Assembly (NCBI RefSeq): GCF_006345805.1
Contig: NC_043005.1
Location: 13,950,001-14,014,000, forward strand
From: Octopus sinensis
Lineage: Eukaryota
Direction of reading: 5' to 3'
DNA length: 64,000 nt
A program made the translations under genes and the position numbers. Below are positions 27,717 to 41,180 of this stretch, one piece after another (the first letter of the stretch is position 1; each line of letters starts with the position of its first letter). The notes beneath the pieces were generated by a model. That model was not told the DNA's origin and made no database searches. It worked only from the letters and a program-made list of their open reading frames with translations.

Positions 27717-27979
27717 ATGTATGTATGTATGTATGTATGTATGTATGTATGTATGTATGTATGTATGTATGTATGTATGTATGTACGTACGTACGTATGT
27801 ATGTATGTATGTATGTATGTATGTATGTATGTATGTATGTATGTATGTATGTATGTAGTATGTATGTATGTATGTATTATGTATGTATGTATGTATTATG
27901 TATGTATGTATGTATGTATGTACGTACGTACGTATGTATGTATGTAGTATGTATGTATGTATGTATGTATGTATGTATG

Positions 27980-28024
<45 letters not shown>
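27717..28024. repeat. (TATG)n microsatellite
   Basis: Visible directly. Confidence 0.95.
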
Positions 28025-28026
<2 letters not shown>

Positions 28027-28294
28027 TTGATATCATTCTTATCGCTACAGACATTATTTCCTACAACTAAGTTATCAACTCAGAAAGACAATACTTGTGG
28101 AAGTAGTTGATACCTTTTGTTTTCTTATTCATTTACAAGAACCACGCTCAAAAACATGTAAACAGCGAAGCTTCCCTTGGCTTAAAGCCATTTATGCTTG
28201 CAGGTATCAGTTATTCATGTTTGTAAAGAAAAGGCTCACACAAGTTTATTGAATGGTCATTCATTAATTCATAAGAATTTTTAATAACACTAAA

Positions 28295-28655
28295 GGCGCG
28301 GGAGTGGCTGTGTGGTAAGTAGCTTGCTTCTCGACCATATGGTTCCGAGTTCAGTCCCACTGTGTGGCACCTTGAGCAGATGTCTTCTCTCATAGCTTCG
28401 AGCCGAACAAAGCCTTGTGAGTGGATTTAATACACGGAAACTGAAAGAAGGTTGTCGCCTGTATGTGTGTGTGTGTGTGTGTCGCTTGACAACCGATGTT
28501 GGTGTGTTGGTTACCTTCCCGCAATTTAGTGGCTCGTCAAAAGAGACCGATAGAATAAGTACTAGGCTTACAAAGAATAAGTCCTGGGGTCGATTTGTTT
28601 GACTAAAGATGGTGCTCCAACATGGCCACAGTCAAATGACTGAAACAAGTAAAGA
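28295..28655 (+). mobile_element. SINE family B, full length
   Basis: Head, short GT tract, tail. Confidence 0.88.
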
Positions 28656-28734
28656 AAAAAAAAGGAATATCAGCATATTCAAGTATAATTGTCCGATTTC
28701 TGTAAATATATGTATTTTTAAAATATTTATTGGC

Positions 28735-29160
28735 CTTAAGGCCTCCGTCGGTCATGGCTGACCATGGATGATGTCATCCGTCCGTCAATTCAGTTTTTGC
28801 AACGCCTCCTGTGGCTGTAAAGATCGATGCAAGAGCGGCGGTCTCGTTTGCAGAGGTCACACCTATACGTTGAATCCGGTCTGTTGGCTGTCATTTCTTT
28901 TCTGCAGGCTCGGTTTTCAGCTGCCGCCACCTTCGAATTCTCTTTGCCGGTCTGCAGTTGTTTGTGAAGAGTGCCTCTCCAGCTGGTTCGGTGGGCTGCG
29001 AGATCCTCCCAGGAATTGGTGTTGATGCGAAGTGCCTTCATATCCCTCCTGCACATATCCCTGTACCTCAGCTTCGGGTGGCCAATGTTTCTCCGCCCTG
29101 CGACAAACTCTCCGAAGAGGACATCCTTTGGGATCCGACCATCCTCCATACGGCGAACGT
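28735..29160 (-). mobile_element. RTE (BovB-like) LINE 3' end
   Basis: RRMEDGRIPKDVLFGEFVAGRRNIGHPKLRYRD..WEDLAAHRTSWR..YRCDLCKRDRRSCIDLYSHRRRC. Confidence 0.9.
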
Positions 29161-29316
29161 ATTGTATTATTCATAGATCGTGGGAGCTGGTTTCTAACGA
29201 AGAAATGAGTTCAATCACTGGAATATGGAGAACAATGACAATGACTTTTACATGTCGAACTTTAGGAAAGTCTTGCATATTTTGACTTTTCCTCTTAAAT
29301 ATTGTATGTATGTTGG

Positions 29317-29655
29317 TATGTATGTATGTATGTATGTATGTATGTATGTATGTATGTGTGTGTGTAGGTAGGTAGGTAGGTAGGTAGGTAGGTAGGTAGG
29401 TAAGTAGGTAGGTAGGTAGGTAGGTAGGTAAGTAGGTAGGTAGGTAAGTAGGTAGGTAGGTACGTACGTACGTACGTACGTAAGTAGGTAGGTAGGTAGG
29501 TAGGTAGGTAGGTAGGTAGGTAAGTAGGTAGGTAGGTAGGTAGGTAGGTAGGTAGGTAGGTAGGTAGGTAGGTAGGTAGGTAGGTAGGTAGGTAGGTAGG
29601 TAGGTAGGTAGGTAGGTAGGTAGGAAGGAAGGTAGGAAGGTAGGAAGGATAGATA
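29317..29655. repeat. (TATG)n/(GGTA)n microsatellite
   Basis: Visible directly. Confidence 0.95.
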
Positions 29656-30174
29656 GGCTTAATTTTGCTTGAAAATGCTCTTCTTACGTTAACTCCAGAA
29701 ATATACTAAAATATTGTGAAATTGGGATATGTGTGTATGTATGTGTGAGTGTATGTGGATTTATATGTATGAGTATATATATATATAGATGTGCATGTGT
29801 GTGAGTGAGATTGTGAGAGAGAGATTGGAGGAAAACAAATGTTAGAAGACTATTTTTATCCTGTTCCATATAACAAGTAAGATACGAAAAATGGAAGGTG
29901 AAAGCAAGAGATATTGAGAAAATATGGAGATAAACATTGGGGAAGATACAAGAACGCTTTTGTAAGCAATTTTTTACTTGAAAAGCAATTAGTTAAAAAC
30001 TATCTACATTTTAACATCATGGTTCAGAGTATAAGCTTGATTTTGGCTGGTAACTGTCAAGATAATCCTTTTTCGTTGACACTAGAAAAATAAAAGGTAA
30101 AATGCAGAGAAAGGGAGAAAAGAAAAGAGATATATTTAGAGAGTGTAAACAGAAGCATGTTATAGGATAATATT

Positions 30175-30556
30175 GTGGAGGCGCAATGGCCCAGTGGTTA
30201 GGGCAGCGGACTCGCGGTCGTAGGATCGCGGTTTCGATTCCCAGACCGGGCGTTGTGAGTGTTTATTGAGCGAAAACACCTAAAGCTCCACGAGGCTTCG
30301 GCAGGGATGGTGGTGATCCCTGCTGTACTCTTTCACCACAACTTCCTCTCACTCTTACTTCCTGTTTCTGTTGTACCTGTATTTCAAAGGGCCGGCCTTG
30401 TCACTCTCTGTGTCACGCTGAATATCCCCGAGAACTACGTTAAGGGTACACGTGTCTGTGGAGTGCTCAGCCACTTACACGTTAATTTCACGAGCAGGCT
30501 GTTCCGTTAATCGGATCAACCGGAACCCTCGTCGTCGTAATCGACGGAGTGCTTCC
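30175..30556 (+). mobile_element. tRNA-derived SINE family C, full length, 13-bp TSD
   Basis: A box tggcccagtgg, B box gtttcgattcc; TSD ataggataatatt at 30162-30174 and 30557-30569. Confidence 0.93.
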
Positions 30557-30777
30557 ATAGGATAATATTAAGTAATTGTTGTTTTTTCTTTGTCTTGCGT
30601 CGGGAATTGTTTGTAAGTACTTGTGACTTCATACAAATATGTCTTTGCAATTTTAGTATAAATATACGAGAAGGTACCCAAAAGTAACAGGAAACGTTCT
30701 CTGTGGGACAAGCCTGTTGTAGTTCGGGCTTCCTACGCTAGAAGCAACTTGATACGACCCTCAGGCATCAGTATACC

Positions 30778-31008
30778 TATTTCTTTACTACCCACAAGGG
30801 GATAAACACAGAGGGGACACACAAGGACAGACAAACGGATTAAGTCGATTACATCGACCCCAGTGCGTAACTGGTACTTAATTTATCGACCGCGAAAGGA
30901 TAAAAGCAAAGTCGACCTCGGCGCAATTTGAACTCAGAACGCAGCGGCGGACGAAATACCACAAAGAATTTCGCCCGGCGTGCTAACGTTTCAGCCAGCT
31001 CGCCACCT
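30778..31008 (-). mobile_element. SINE family A (inside a mariner-like terminal remnant starting ~30665)
   Basis: Family match; host remnant begins tacgagaaggtacccaaaagtaac. Confidence 0.88.
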
Positions 31009-31222
31009 TATACCGACCGGCGTTGTCGACTAGGTCTCTTATCTGTCGCTATGCTACCGGTAAAAATATTTGTTAATCATGTACGTACCTTCTTTTAATA
31101 GTAAACTGTTATATAGTGAAATGTCATGTGTTACTAAGGAGACAACAATATACCTATCTACCTTTCATACACACGCACATACACACACTCTCTCTCTCTT
31201 TCTCTGTCTCTCTCTCTCTTTC

Positions 31223-31263
<41 letters not shown>

Positions 31264-32892
31264 TTCTCTCTCTCTCTCTCTTTCTGCGTGTCTTTCTCAC
31301 TGAATTTCTCTCAGCTGCAACAACTGATCATTATAATGAAAGACATAAACACACACGTACACAAGCAAACAAACAAAAAATAACTATATTGTTATATAGT
31401 GAAAGTCTTTTCTTTTTGTTTTTGAAGCTGTGTTGCGTAGCACTGTCTCTGTGTTGAAAAACTTATAGAAACATACACACATACACATACAATCAGCTAA
31501 AACAATGACTATCTATATTGTTATATGAAAGTCTTTTTTAAGCTGTGTTGCGTTGACAGACTTGCACTTAAAATTCTTGCATTTTAAAATCAAAACTTGT
31601 TAGTTGCTATGATGGATTGTGGGCCTTGAGAAAAAAGTTCTGATAGCTGGAGAGACATTTTTGGAACTAATTGGTGGTGTTAGAGTTCTCTTCCTTGCTT
31701 GCTTTTTTAAAGATTCTAAACACCTGTTGGTTTTTATTTATTTATTTATTGTATAGATAATCCCAGTTGGTCAAGTTTTCTACTTACATAAATTGCATAT
31801 GTGGGACCCAACCGCAGTATATTGTAAGGTTGTGAGCATCGCTGGAAAGCATGTACAATGCATACAGCGTCGACATACTCAGGAAGCTTACCACTGTTAA
31901 AAAGACATATATATTCAGTTGCAGAAAACACAATTCTATATAAGTCATAGATAAAATTGTATGAATGCAAGTGCGTGTATGTGAGAGACAAACAGAGGCC
32001 GAGAGTTAGCCAATGCACATATCAATCAAAACAGCCTTTCACATTCAGTGTGTTTACTGCCGACTTAGTTATCCATCCACACCAGAGCCACGTTCGGTTT
32101 TTCATGCATCTTATCTATTTGTCTATTTGTTTGTCTATCCATTTGCCAACCAAGTTAGATATTTATTTGCACATTTATCTGTCATGCTACCACACGAGTG
32201 AAGAAAGAGTACCAGACAGAAGCCAGTCACAATTTTTTTTAAATATTTCAAAACAGAAATTTAATACTGTAATATATACGATAGATACAGCTGCGTATAC
32301 TTGACATGGATAACAATGTCTATGACAATGTGCTATCGTATTGTGGTATCAAAATACTCAAATGTTTGCGCTTGAGTTTACTTCCACCGCTTCACGTGAT
32401 GTCGGTTTCTTTACACCCACGTGACTTAGCAGTTCGCCCAAAAGAAGTGGATATACAACACATCAGACTTAAATTAAGTATGGGGATCGATTTGTTCGAT
32501 TAAATCCTACAAGTTGATATTGTGCAGCATCATTGCGATGACTGAATGCACATACAAATATATATTGATAAGTAATTGTAAAACCCAAGGATGTAGGTGT
32601 ATGACGTTAGTAAGATTCGAGCAGTTTGTTGTAGGATAAAAAACAACTTTCAAGGACAATAATAGTTTATTGACGTAGGTTGTAGGCTTTTCCCATATAG
32701 ATTTTCGATAAGCTGAAAATGTTTTTTTTTAAAGTTCACCGTTAGCAACTTGGTTGCTATAAACGCGAATAAAAATCCAAATTTAGGGAGTGGAGGAGGC
32801 AAAATCCAGGCTACATATATTTTCTGGCTAGCAGAATCTCGGACCGTGCTTTACCAGTAAGCTACCAGGTGTAAACCATTCATTCTATTATC

Positions 32893-32926
<34 letters not shown>

Positions 32927-33447
32927 GTGTGTATATATATATGTATATATATATGCATGAATATATATACATATATCTCTGTGTATACATGTACATATAG
33001 TACATATATATATGTACATACATATACATATGTATGTATACATATATATATGTATATATACATATGTGTGTATAAATATGCATATTTGTGTGTATACATA
33101 TGCATATGTGTGTGTGTGTGTGTCTGTACATATATAGATGAGTCGAACGCAATTTCGTCCCTTTAATGAAAATATGGTTTCCGGTCTGATAACACCTGCA
33201 AGAGCTGCTGAGAATATTCATCTAGAGATGAATTATTAAACACATGTGATGAACGTGGAGTTAAATGTAGGCACCGAAGTAATTTTACATTTAGTAAAAA
33301 TGAAGTACTGAATCCCCAAACCCTCAATCAAATAACTATATAATTTTATTTACAACTCACTTGAATAGACTATATAAATAAAAAAAAAAACAATGCAATA
33401 ATTTAAATAAATATATGAATTAAATATTACTAAAATTATATAATAAC

Positions 33448-33485
<38 letters not shown>

Positions 33486-33997
33486 CTAATATAGGTAACT
33501 TTGAAAATAATAATAGAGGATAGTTTAAAATTAAATCTATGTATAGTGTAATTACCCCCATGGTACTAATCACCTATAAATACCCATAGTTCCCTGCTAT
33601 CTAATTACCATTTTAGTACCAGCAGAAAAGGAAGATATGTATTTGAATTTTTCGTTATATATCACATTTAAACACAGACATTTTCATTCTGATGTATAAT
33701 TTTATATCTCACATTCTGTATTTGACATATACTTCATTTTACATGATTGATATATATACTAATTCACATTTATAATGCATAATTTATGAAATTTAATCCT
33801 AAATATTACAAATTATATTTTTTTTTATTTTTAATAGTTAATTTTTAATCTTTAATGCTTAATTGCATTGCTTAATTTTTAAAGAGTTTTAAAATTAGAT
33901 ATATGATATTTTGAAACAGAACCTGAAGATGTATTGAAATAATTGTAAATCTGACGATTGCATATATATATTTATATATGTATATATATTTATATAT

Positions 33998-34058
<61 letters not shown>

Positions 34059-34442
34059 GTGTACAGTTGTGTATATTGTGTATATGTATATTTATTGTAA
34101 TCTTCCAATACTGGAACACGTGTAGTTCCTTCATATTTAAAATATTTAAGTATTAAAGTAGGATATAATGAATGAAGTATAACATATACCCGGCAGGTAA
34201 TTTTAGTCATATCCTTTAAGTATTATTTCGTGATGTGCAAACTGATACCACGAGTTTACTTTCAGATATACTTATTAGGCTATTATCTGAAATAGAATAC
34301 CCGAAATAGAATACCCGCATATCTAATATAAGATAAAGTTTTTCGAAAAAAAATTTTATCAATGGCCGGCATATTAAAAAATACCTTTAAATGTTAAATT
34401 CATAAATAACTCATAAAATAAGGGCAGAAGAAAATAATTATT

Positions 34443-34592
34443 ATGCCAAATATGCCGAAAATAGACAAATTGTCAATAACCATTATAATTTATCACAATT
34501 AACATGCATCTCGAAATAAATCGAGACGCATGTTAATTGTGATAAATTATAATGGTTATTGACAATTTGTCTATTTTCGGCATATTTGGCAT
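34443..34592. repeat. Near-perfect ~72-bp palindrome
   Basis: atgccaaatatgccgaaaatag..catgcatctcga / tcgagacgcatg..cggcatatttggcat, ~6-nt spacer, one mismatch. Confidence 0.9.
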
Positions 34593-35518
34593 TAGAATTA
34601 TTTATATGGTGATTATTCTCCCAAGTAGACTTCGTAATCAACGTCGGTTGGTCATCAGTTTATAACGTTGTGTTGGATTGTCTGGTTTAAAATGTGTTTG
34701 ACTTGGAAAAGATAATAAATATAAATGTTTATTGAGTAGAAATCTATAGTGATAAACCTGTCACTTATAACTTAGTTATAAGTATTATCACTATACATAA
34801 ATCAGGCTGCGTAAACGCCGTGATGAATTATATACAAGACGCTGAAACGTGCACAGTTGTTGAAGATAAATAAACTCTCTCTTTTTCACCGCTATAATAA
34901 CAGTTTCATAGTTACAGAAATAAATCTCATTAACAGGTTGAAGAAAATGAAGAAAGAGAAAGTTTTTACTAATTTAGTTTATTTACGTACATTTAATATT
35001 TACAGTACATTTAGAAGTCAAAGAAAATTGTCGTAGAGAGTTACGACATAAAATTTATATTACTAATTCTTCCATACTAAGATACTAGAGTTTTACACAA
35101 CATTTGAAAATAGTCTTGTTGAATTTAAGTATTAGATATGGCATAAAAATAGCCAACATCTCAAAAGAGTGAGTGTCGTGGAAATTAGTGACAATCAACG
35201 AACACTGATTGTGAGTGTCCTGGAGTCGAGTGACAACCAACGATCACTGATTAATCTCACAAAAATCAGGGTTTTTATAACTGCTCATACTTCTAAGAAC
35301 CGTATTTCTGGCAAGATTTCTCTTTGACGAAAGTTTAGAATTCAAATATGGGCAGTAATTTTAACCAATGGGAAACTAACTAACAATTATACCTATTCGG
35401 GCAACATGACAATTACGTCAGAGTACCACCGATAAATGTTTATTACCATGACTTGCGTCGCTACATATGCATATGTATGTATATGTATGTATATTTGTAT
35501 GTATGTATGTATATATAT

Positions 35519-35915
35519 ACATTATTTACATTTGATAGATATTTGTACACATCTTATTTGTTGTTAACACAACGTTTCAGTTGATACACCCTCCTGCCTT
35601 CATCAGGTGTTTTAGGAAAATTTCGAACCTGCGCTCTCATTCCTAAGCGATTTTTCGATGTTGTTGTTGTTATTATTATTATTTTTTTATTCAGGTCACT
35701 GCCTGGAATCGAACTTGGAATCTTGGGGTTAGTATCACGCGCTCTTAACCACTACGCCATATGCCCAGGTTCGAAATTTCCCTAAAACACCTGATGAAGG
35801 CTGGAGGTTATATCAGACGAAGCGTTGTGTTAACAACAAGCAAGATGACAAATATCCGTCAAATGTAAGTAATGTAAATAATGTACATAAATCCTCATCT
35901 TTTAAATATAGAACT
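35519..35915 (-). mobile_element. tRNA-headed SINE-like element with hammerhead tail and an inverted second tail copy
   Basis: tRNA-like head 35766-35692 (A box TGGCGTAGTGG, B box GTTCGATTCC); HHR on minus 35611-35566 and on plus 35786-35831; arms 35519-35631 and 35766-35875 are inverted; TA-rich repeats on both sides. Confidence 0.75.
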
Positions 35916-36004
35916 GCATATATATATATATATGTATGTACGTATATATGTATATGTGTGTATGTGTGTATATATGTGTGTGTATGTTTATATACATATA
36001 TTTA

Positions 36005-36260
36005 TATGTATGTATATGTATAGTTATATATGTTTGTATATGTATATCTATATATGTATGTATACGTATAGCTATATATGTTTGTATATGTATATCTATA
36101 TATGTATATATATGTATAGCTATATATGTTTGTATATGTATATCTATATATGTATGTATATGTATAAGTATAGCTGGATATGTTTGTATATGTATATCTA
36201 TATATGTATGTATATGTATAGCTATATATGTTTGTATATGTATATGTATATGTATGTCGA
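36005..36260. repeat. ~48-bp minisatellite built from TA/TG units (~5 copies)
   Basis: Unit tatatatgtttgtatatgtatatctatatatgtatgtatatgtatagc. Confidence 0.8.
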
Positions 36261-36328
36261 TATATGTATGTATATGTATATATCTATATATGTATATATG
36301 TACATATATGTATATATATATATAAATG

Positions 36329-36389
<61 letters not shown>

Positions 36390-36442
36390 ATATAATATAT
36401 AGGTGTATCTATATATGTGTATGTATATATAAAGTATAAAGT

Positions 36443-36488
<46 letters not shown>

Positions 36489-36658
36489 TATGTGTATAAA
36501 TATATGTATGTGTATATATATAAATATACGTGTATAAATATATGTATGTGTATATATATAATGTAAAGGTATATATATGTATGTCTGTATATATATAATA
36601 TAGGTGTAGATATGTATATGTGTGATTATCTATGTGTTTATGCATATTGGTAGGCAGC

Positions 36659-36796
<138 letters not shown>

Positions 36797-38674
36797 CAAG
36801 GTAGAGATAAATTGGTCAGTTATCACAGCTTCCGTTCTTCGCTTGTATAATGTATTCTTTATATCTCAATTTGTAACAAACAGTGCAGTATTTTGTGTCT
36901 TTCTAGTTAAAATCTATTTCTGTCTCTCATCATAGTGAATATCTTCCTTGTTTTTGTTAGAAGTGAATGATTGCCTCGAATATGAAATTCTGTGAAGCTT
37001 GAAGAAAATGCTATGTAATTATAGGCTATAAATGTGTTAATTGTTATAAGGGTGGTGGATCTCCATCATTTGACGAAGAGGATTTAGTTGTTCGATCAAC
37101 TCAATTACTTACTCGTGAATTTACTTGTAAACAGCTGAGCAGTTCACAAAATTTAGAGATTTTTAAATGGCTTCAATATCATTATTCCTCAGGGTCATCT
37201 CAAATTGAATTCTGAATCATTGTCTGAGCAGATTAATCTTGAAATGAAAAAAAAGTGGCATCGGATGAGCGATACATACCCTGTGCGCACATTTAATTTA
37301 TTCTCAGCCGAATTCATATTTCATCAATATTACATCAAGAGTTATTTAACCCTGCTTGTCGTTTATGCATATGTAACAAAGGAAAACATTTCGATTCACT
37401 CTTCCGTCAGTTTTGAAGATAACCAAACCAAAATTTAATGTGTTCTAGCCACTCACCTAATGACTATTTCTGCTAAATTTGGGGAAAATTCGTTCAACTG
37501 TTTTTCAGTTATTTTGCAAACACACAGACCGACTAAGACGAGCGATTGCAATACCCTGCTTTTGCGTACGTGCGGAGGGTATTCACGTTTTAGATGAAAT
37601 ATGTGCTGTAGAGTATATCTTAATCCTTGTTAATATAACACAGGATTGTAACTATGATACAGAAAGTTGTCTGTGGTTCAGGCAACACATCCATTACGTG
37701 ATTAAGAGTAATTTTATTTTTTGTTGATTGCAGTTAGAAAATAGAGATTGAATTAGCAATCTTATTTCCGTAGGAACTCCTGAATCTGGCAATATCCGTC
37801 AAAGACTGTCGTTAACATTGATATAGTTACACTAACATGTCTGTCAAGTACAATTATCTCCAAAAGCGCATACAACGGCGTATACGTAGTATCTGTCTAA
37901 TATGCATCTAATATGCCTTTTATTAAACTTATGCGTATTAGATTCTACAGCATGTTCCATATAGGTAATTACATTTGTTGAGAAGTGCAAAAAGTTTAGA
38001 ACTTGTTTCCTTTCATTCTGTAATATAAGCTGTGGGCGAATTCTTCAACGCTCTCTCGGGTACTATTTGGACAGTGTGACAAGTGTAAGGCCATTTGTAG
38101 CTCGTCTTGCTGGAATATGTCTCGCCTCTCAATATCCTACCAAAGACTATTAATGAAGTCAATGGTGTAATGAAATATGCGTCGTTAATCTTTTGTATTC
38201 TAGTATCATAGATGTGGCTGATAAATCAAATCATTCAGATAAGTGATGCTACAGTCAATTCATAGATCACAAATCTAGAGTTAGCTTTGAACGAACTTGG
38301 AAAATTATCACAAGTTTCAAATGAAGTGAAATTAGTTGCTTGAGAAATCAAAAATGAGCTTCACCCAAGACAGAAAGTTGACAAAGAGCAAGGCTTATAG
38401 TAACCGAGATCGAGGATGAACCAGAAGAGACATTAGAGAAAATCTCCGTCATGGTTCTGAGGATCCTGGATATAAAGTCAAACGGAATATTTCTTTTGTT
38501 GTCATTGATTCTGTGTAGGGTGCAGTGATTCAAGGTCTTAGTTTCGATTCCCAGACCGACCGGTGTGTTGTGTTCTTGAGAAAAACATTTCATTTCACGA
38601 TGTTCTGCGAATACTTCAGCATATGATGTGTGATAAACTGTGCACCTTTACAGGTAATATCGATTTGATGGAAG

Positions 38675-38904
38675 GCGGCGAGCTGGCAGAAACGTTAGCA
38701 GGCCGGGCGAAATGCTCAGCAGTATTTCGTCTGTCGCTACGTTCTGAGTTCAAATTCCGCCGAGGTCGACTTTGCCTTTCATCCTTTCGGGGTCGATTAA
38801 ATAAGTACCAGTTACGCACTGGGGTTGATATAATCGACTTAATCCGTTTGTCTGTCCTTGTTTGTCCCCTCTGTGTTTAGCCCCTTGTGGGTAATAAAGG
38901 AATA
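38675..38904 (+). mobile_element. SINE family A nested in an older SINE remnant (38520-38960)
   Basis: Family match; TSD ggaaggcg. Confidence 0.9.
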
Positions 38905-39826
38905 GGAAGGCGTGAGGCTATTTGAAGTACAAATATTTGATCACTAGAAGCAAATTTGTGCAGACAATAATAAACTGTGAAATAATAAACACAACTGTTT
39001 TAAAAGCGTGCTTTGTTTTGTTATGAAATCCACTTCTCTGAATTACTGAACATATTAAAGTAATTCTTGACGATAATGCTTAAAGGTCGCCTGAATGTTT
39101 GTGCTAAACAGGTTAAAAAAACAAAATAACATCTTTTTCAAGAATAATTTTTATACACATTTTCTCATTAATTAAGTACAATAACTATGAAAATAATTAT
39201 AATATCATTTTATATAACAGTATCATTATATTTTAGATAATAAAAATAATGACAAATGTGGTACAAAATTATTTGCGCATAAATTAATTTGATATTTCTG
39301 CCATCTTGCTGTCAACGAATGGAGAAGAATCGGTGCATGTTTTCCATTAAGAGTTATTTGGTCATCATCCTCATCATCATAAATCATCTGATTAACTAAG
39401 TAGATGTTAATATTTTGTTTTTGTTTTCTTAAGGCGATGATCAAGCAGAATCGTTAGCACACCGGGTAAAATGCATTTTATTCATCTCTACGTTCTGAGT
39501 TCCAATTCCGCCGAAGTCAACTTCGGATCGATAACGTAAGTACCAGTCGAGCACTGAGTCCGAGTAATCGATTTACTCCCTCCTGGCCTTGTGCCAAAAT
39601 CTGAAACCAAATTTTTTTTTTCTTTTTTCTGTTAATGATATTGTTGACTATTAAAGGTCTTTGTTCCAAAAAATTTTCAGAAAGGAAATTGACACTTTAA
39701 CCGCAATTCTGTGGCTTTCAAACAATACTAATATTGTTAAAAGACCAGTGCTTCCGAGTGCCCTACATATGTAAAGCATGCTCACAAACATATACGCACC
39801 CACATTTGAAAAGTTGACCTCTTTCG

Positions 39827-39867
39827 TTGGAATATTTTAAGCTACAGATGCAGATATAAATATATAT

Positions 39868-39932
<65 letters not shown>

Positions 39933-40073
39933 CATTATATATGTATGTATATATGTGTGCATGTATATATATATATGTGTGTAATACATATATATATATG
40001 TGTGTGTGTGTGAGCATATGTGCATATGTGTGTGTGTGTGTGTGTGTTGGAATATTTTAAGCTACAGACGCAG

Positions 40074-40104
<31 letters not shown>

Positions 40105-40240
40105 CATACATATATATGTATGTATATATGTGTGCATGTATATATATATATATGTGTACATATATATATATATGTGTGTGTGTGTGTGAGCATATGTGCA
40201 TATGTGTGCATATGTGTGTGTGTGCACATGTACACACACA
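39827..40240. repeat. Tandem duplication, ~220-bp unit x2
   Basis: gttggaatattttaagctacagaYgcagatata at 39827 and 40047, each followed by the same microsatellite succession. Confidence 0.85.
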
Positions 40241-40412
40241 TACACACACATTTATATATGTGTGTATGTATATGTACGATGTATGTGTGTACGTATGTTT
40301 ACTTGTTTGCGTTTAATTCATCAAAGCTAGATACGGGGAGTGTCAGTTGGGTCAGCTCACGAGATTGTTCATTGCATTCTTCCTGAATCATGTGTGATAA
40401 TATACTCAAATA

Positions 40413-40630
40413 AAGGCGGCGAGGCGACTGAATCGCGAGCAGGCCGGACAAAAGGTTTAGCGGAATTTCGTCCGTCTTTACGTCGTGACTTTAAATTCTG
40501 CCGAGGTCGACTTTACCTTTCATCCTTTCGGGGTCGATAAAATAAGTACCACTTGAATACTGGGGAGCAATTTAATCGACTTAGCCTCTTCCCCAAAAGC
40601 TGCTGTCTCTGTTCCAGATCTGATACCAAT
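40413..40630 (+). mobile_element. SINE family A, older copy
   Basis: gccgaggtcgactttacctttcatcctttcggggtcgataaaataagtacc; another degenerate copy at 39432-39610. Confidence 0.75.
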
Positions 40631-40674
40631 AACACATTCAAATATAATCACTATTAATACTGACGTATTACCTA

Positions 40675-40714
<40 letters not shown>

Positions 40715-40716
<2 letters not shown>

Positions 40717-40870
40717 ACGGGAAGATTTATGAAAATAAACAAAAGACGAAGGCAGGTGGAATACAAACAAACAATTGTATTAGTATGGCGCTCAGGAATA
40801 TAAATAAAACAAGTCTTTTACGTTTCGAGCCTACGCTCTTCAACAGAAAGATACACAGAAAAGAAACACG
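40715..40870 (-). mobile_element. (TA)n-associated Penelope-type fragment with hammerhead (A6U core)
   Basis: 40851-40814: UCUUU CUGUUGA A GAGC guag GCUC GAAAC GUA| AAAGA; same family as 26815-26987. Confidence 0.7.
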
Positions 40871-41117
40871 GGAGTTTACATTTAATAGGAGAAATCCAAG
40901 GGAACAATTACAATTACAATATAGCTAAAAGTTGCTTAAGCGTCCCAGGAAATAATCCCGGGATAGTAACACTTATTTAATAGAAAATATTGAAATATTA
41001 AAAGGAGACGAACGCTCGAGATGTTAATCATGGCTGCATAACGAAATACCGCGTCCCTCCAAGTCATTAGTTGATTGGTACAGTTGTTGTTGTTGCTGCT
41101 ACTGCTGATGATGATGA

Positions 41118-41180
<63 letters not shown>

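Noticed and set aside
28050-28285. Cys-containing frame LCEPFLYKHE*LIPASINGFKPREASLFTCF*AWFL on minus
   Set aside because: Multiple stops, no splice sites, and no support once the Sushi idea failed.
30175-30250. Functional tRNA genes (also 35692, 52216, 59420, 62760)
   Set aside because: A and B boxes present, but no clean cloverleaf or terminator, and each is fused to a SINE body.
34818-34855. GUGAUGA..GAAACGUG hammerhead-like motif
   Set aside because: No stem II or stem I and a non-cleavable triplet.
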